A stretch of DNA of 60,147 bases, the filler included. It is 8 parts of 8 records of this genome, joined end to end, with 100 filler letters (N's around TTAATTAATTAA, not from the genome) between each part and the next. Parts side by side here need not be neighbours in the genome. Positions count along the whole stretch, not along the records: positions 52,800 to 60,147 come from SRR2962707_5107; 7 more parts are not named here. The stretch is one strand, 5' to 3'. The translations under genes were made by a program, and so were the position numbers. Positions 57,045-60,147 of this stretch are shown here, piece by piece (positions within the stretch are counted from its first letter, which is position 1; each line of letters starts with the position of its first letter). The notes under the pieces were generated by a model. It saw only the letters and a program-made list of their open reading frames with translations, was not told the origin of the DNA and ran no database searches.

Positions 57045-57052
57045 GGTCGCTC

Positions 57053-60000
57053 ATGAAATTCACGGATATCTTCATCAATAAACCGGTTCTGGCCTCGGTG
57101 GTCAGCCTGTTTATTTTCCTGCTCGGGTTACGCGCCGCCACGGAACTGAACGTGCGCCAGTATCCCGAGCTGGAAAACGCGGTGATCACCGTCACCACGA
57201 TCTATACCGGCGCCGACGCGGATCTGATTCAGGGCTTTATCACCACGCCACTGGAACAGGAAATCGCTTCGGCGAACGGCATCGACTATCTGGTTTCCAC
57301 CTCCCTGCAGGGGGCGTCCTCAATCCAGGCTTATGTACGGCTGGGCCAGGATCCCAACGAAACTCTGACGCAGATCGTCGCCAAGGTGAACAAGATGCGC
57401 AGCGAACTGCCGGAGGAGTCCGAGGACCCCACGGTGGAGCTGGCCATCGGCGATGATATCGCCGCCATGTACCTGTCGTTTTCCTCCGAGGTGCTGGATA
57501 ACAATCAGATCACCGACTATCTGGTGCGCGTGGTGCAGCCGAAACTGGCCACCATCAACGGCGTGCAACGGGCACGAATTCTCGGTGACCGCACCTTCGC
57601 CATGCGCGCCTGGTTGAAACCGGAGCGCATGGCGGCGCTGGGCATTACCCCTTCCGATGTTTACGCCGCGCTGGAGCAAAACAATGTTCTCGCCGCGGTG
57701 GGCAGCACCAAGGGCACCAATGTGGCGCTGGATCTCAAGGCGGAAACCGACCTCAACGACGTCGCCGGCTTCCGCCGTCTGGTAATCCGCGCCCAGGACA
57801 ATGCCATCGTGCGTCTCGAGGACGTGGCCGACGTGGAACTGGGTTCGGAGTCCTATGCCGCCTCGGTGACCTTCAACGGCCAGAAGGCCACGTTCATGGG
57901 CATTGAAGTGGCGCCTGACGCCAACTCCCTGGACGTGATCGCCGAGGTAAGGAAGGTTCTGGAAGACGAGATCTTCCCGCAAATGCCGGAGGGCCTGGAA
58001 GGCAATATTCCTTACGACGGCACCGAGTATATCCAGGACTCCATCGATGAGGTGGTGAAGACCCTGGTGGAAGCGGTGATCATCGTTATCCTGGTGATCT
58101 ACCTGTTCCTCGGTTCTCTGCGGTCGGTACTGATCCCGGCCATCGCCGTGCCGCTCTCCATGGTCGGCGCGCTGTTCCTGATGCTGCTGATGGGCTTCTC
58201 CATCAACCTGCTGACCCTGCTGGCCATGGTGCTGGCCATCGGCATCGTGGTGGACGACGCCATTATTGTTCTGGAAAACGTGCACCGCCATGTGGAGGAA
58301 GGGCTTTCGCCCAAGGACGCGGCACTTAAAGGCGCGCGCGAGCTGGCCTGGCCGGTGGTGGCGATGACCACCACACTGGTGGCGGTGTATCTGCCAATTG
58401 GTTTCATGGGCGGGCTCACCGGCACCTTGTTCGTGGAATTCGCCTTCTCCCTGGCCGGCGCCGTGCTGCTCTCCGGCGTGGTGGCACTGACCCTGTCGCC
58501 GATGATGTGCGCCAAAATTCTCAAGGCCCACGACCCGGAGCATCGCGGCAATCGCTTCGAGGCCTGGCTGAATCGCCAGTTCGAGAAACTGGCCGGCAGC
58601 TATGAGCGGCGACTGCACGGCGCTTTGAACGACGTGCCCACGGTGCTGGTGTTCGGTCTGATCATTCTGGTGTCCTGTTACTTCCTGTTCGTCACCTCGC
58701 CGAGCGAACTGGAACCCAAGGAAGACCAGGGCTTTGTGCTGGTGTCCGCTACCGCCGACCCCTACGTGACGCTGGACTATCTGGAGCCGTTCACCCGGGA
58801 GCTGGAACAGATTGCCGCCGACACCCCGGCGGTGGAAAACATTTTCCTGCTCAATGGTCTCGGCGGCGGCGCCGGCACCGCCGCCTCCAACACCGCCCTG
58901 GCGGGTTTCGTACTGGACAGCTGGAATGAGCGGGACGTCACCACCAATGAATTCCAGGAACAGTTGTCCGGGCAGGTGAACAGCATCGCCGGTCTGCAAT
59001 CAGCGGTGTTTGTCCCGCCGTCCCTGCCCAGCGGCGGCGGCATGTTGCCGGTGGAGTTCGTCATCGGCACCACCGAACCCACCGAGAATCTGCAGGAACT
59101 GGCCAACCAGATCCTGGGCAAAGCCCAGGAGAGCCGTAAGTTCATCTTCCTGGACACGGACCTGAAGATCGACAAACCGCGCTACAACATTCTGATCGAC
59201 CGGGAGAAAGCCGCGTCGCTGGGCATCACCATGCGCCAGTTGGCGCAGGAACTGGGCGCCATGCTGTCCGGCGCCTACGCCAACCGCTTTTCCCTGGAAA
59301 ACCGATCCTACAAGGTGATTCCCCAGGTTCAGCGCAGCGACCGGCTGACACCGGAACAGTTGCAGCAATACTACATCCGCACCGGCTCCGGCGATCTGAT
59401 CCCGCTGGCCACTCTGGTACGCCTGGAAGAAACCGTGCAGCCGCAACAGTTGAAACGCTTCCAGCAGCTGAACTCGGTGACCATTTCCGGTGTACAACGG
59501 CCCGGGGTAACGCTGGGTGAAGCGCTCGGCATTCTGGAAAACGCGGCGCGGGAAGTGCTGCCGCCCGGTTACAGCGTGGACTATTCCGGCCAGTCGCGGC
59601 AGTTCAAGAAGGAAGGTAGCGATTTGATGATCACCTTCTTCTTCGCCCTGATCGTGATCTATCTGGTTCTGGCGGCCCAGTTCGAATCCTTCCGTGATCC
59701 GATCATCATGCTGATCACGGTGCCCATGTCCGTGTGCGGCGCCATGATCTTCGTCAGCCTCGGTCTGGCCACGCTCAACATCTACACGCAGGTGGGGCTG
59801 GTGACCCTGATCGGGGTGATATCGAAACACGGGATTCTGATCGTGGAATTCGCCAACAAGATGCAGGAAGAGGGCATGGGCAAGCGGGAGGCCATCGAGC
59901 ACGCCGCCGCCGTGCGCCTGCGTCCGGTGCTGATGACCACCGCCGCTTTGGTCTTGGCGATGATTCCGTTGCTGATCGCCGCGGGCCCTGGCGGTGGCGC

Positions 60001-60147
60001 CCGCTTCGCCATTGGTCTGGTGGTGGCCGCCGGCATGACCATCGGCACCCTGTTCACCCTGTTCGTGGTACCGGCCATGTACATGCTGCTGGGCCGCAAC
60101 GAAGGGCACGGTGACGAAGAGACGGAGGCACTGCCGGAACCGGCGGA
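57053..60147 (+). CDS. RND efflux permease (AcrB family, MexW/MexI-like), runs off the window end; absent from the ORF track because it has no stop
   Basis: MKFTDIFINKPVLA..VRQYP, AMRAWLKP, LAIGIVVDDAIIVLEN, LSPMMC, SKHGILIVEFAN, RLRPVLMTT; more than 1030 codons in frame. Confidence 0.95.
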   Translation, partial: MKFTDIFINKPVLASVVSLFIFLLGLRAATELNVRQYPELENAVITVTTIYTGADADLIQGFITTPLEQEIASANGIDYLVSTSLQGASSIQAYVRLGQDPNETLTQIVAKVNKMRSELPEESEDPTVELAIGDDIAAMYLSFSSEVLDNNQITDYLVRVVQPKLATINGVQRARILGDRTFAMRAWLKPERMAALGITPSDVYAALEQNNVLAAVGSTKGTNVALDLKAETDLNDVAGFRRLVIRAQDNAIVRLEDVADVELGSESYAASVTFNGQKATFMGIEVAPDANSLDVIAEVRKVLEDEIFPQMPEGLEGNIPYDGTEYIQDSIDEVVKTLVEAVIIVILVIYLFLGSLRSVLIPAIAVPLSMVGALFLMLLMGFSINLLTLLAMVLAIGIVVDDAIIVLENVHRHVEEGLSPKDAALKGARELAWPVVAMTTTLVAVYLPIGFMGGLTGTLFVEFAFSLAGAVLLSGVVALTLSPMMCAKILKAHDPEHRGNRFEAWLNRQFEKLAGSYERRLHGALNDVPTVLVFGLIILVSCYFLFVTSPSELEPKEDQGFVLVSATADPYVTLDYLEPFTRELEQIAADTPAVENIFLLNGLGGGAGTAASNTALAGFVLDSWNERDVTTNEFQEQLSGQVNSIAGLQSAVFVPPSLPSGGGMLPVEFVIGTTEPTENLQELANQILGKAQESRKFIFLDTDLKIDKPRYNILIDREKAASLGITMRQLAQELGAMLSGAYANRFSLENRSYKVIPQVQRSDRLTPEQLQQYYIRTGSGDLIPLATLVRLEETVQPQQLKRFQQLNSVTISGVQRPGVTLGEALGILENAAREVLPPGYSVDYSGQSRQFKKEGSDLMITFFFALIVIYLVLAAQFESFRDPIIMLITVPMSVCGAMIFVSLGLATLNIYTQVGLVTLIGVISKHGILIVEFANKMQEEGMGKREAIEHAAAVRLRPVLMTTAALVLAMIPLLIAAGPGGGARFAIGLVVAAGMTIGTLFTLFVVPAMYMLLGRNEGHGDEETEALPEPA

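Noticed and set aside
57320-60109. Long minus-strand ORFs of 559 and 369 aa
   Set aside because: Antisense shadows of the GC-rich RND permease on the plus strand; no recognisable motifs.

Overview
The window is not one genome. It is eight unrelated contigs joined by seven identical 100-nt artificial spacers (44 N + TTAATTAATTAA + 44 N). Five contigs (1-6761, 6862-13448, 19588-26004, 26105-34182, 34283-41701) come from a compact, intron-rich eukaryote, probably a protist (standard code, mostly GT-AG introns of about 90-160 nt). They encode a Dim1/KsgA methyltransferase, a large crotonase/type III PKS-like fusion, an HTH-psq protein, a kinesin-13-like motor, an SH3 protein, a giant WW/IQ/EF-hand protein, a LysM membrane protein and a UBL-CDC48N protein. 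Three contigs are bacterial. 13549-19487 is an AT-rich gammaproteobacterium, Alteromonadales-like (ygiM, ygiF, START, LTA-synthase family, dgkA, REPs). 41802-52699 is a Rhodobacteraceae-like alphaproteobacterium (tmRNA, chrA, sspB, fumC, aminotransferase, P450, ccdA, tusA, rne). 52800-60147 is a GC-rich gammaproteobacterium (metX-metW-rdgB-hemW, REP doublet, RND pump). The best candidate for an undescribed system is the eukaryotic gene at 2113-6677 (minus). Manual splicing of eight frame-consistent GT-AG introns joins several ORF fragments into one protein of at least 1234 aa. It has three crotonase-fold domains followed by a DpgA-like type III PKS domain with an altered catalytic triad, which mirrors the bacterial DpgA/B/C/D set in a single polypeptide. 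All family assignments come from motif recognition by eye; no searches were run. No CRISPR array, transposase, rRNA or tRNA was recognised.
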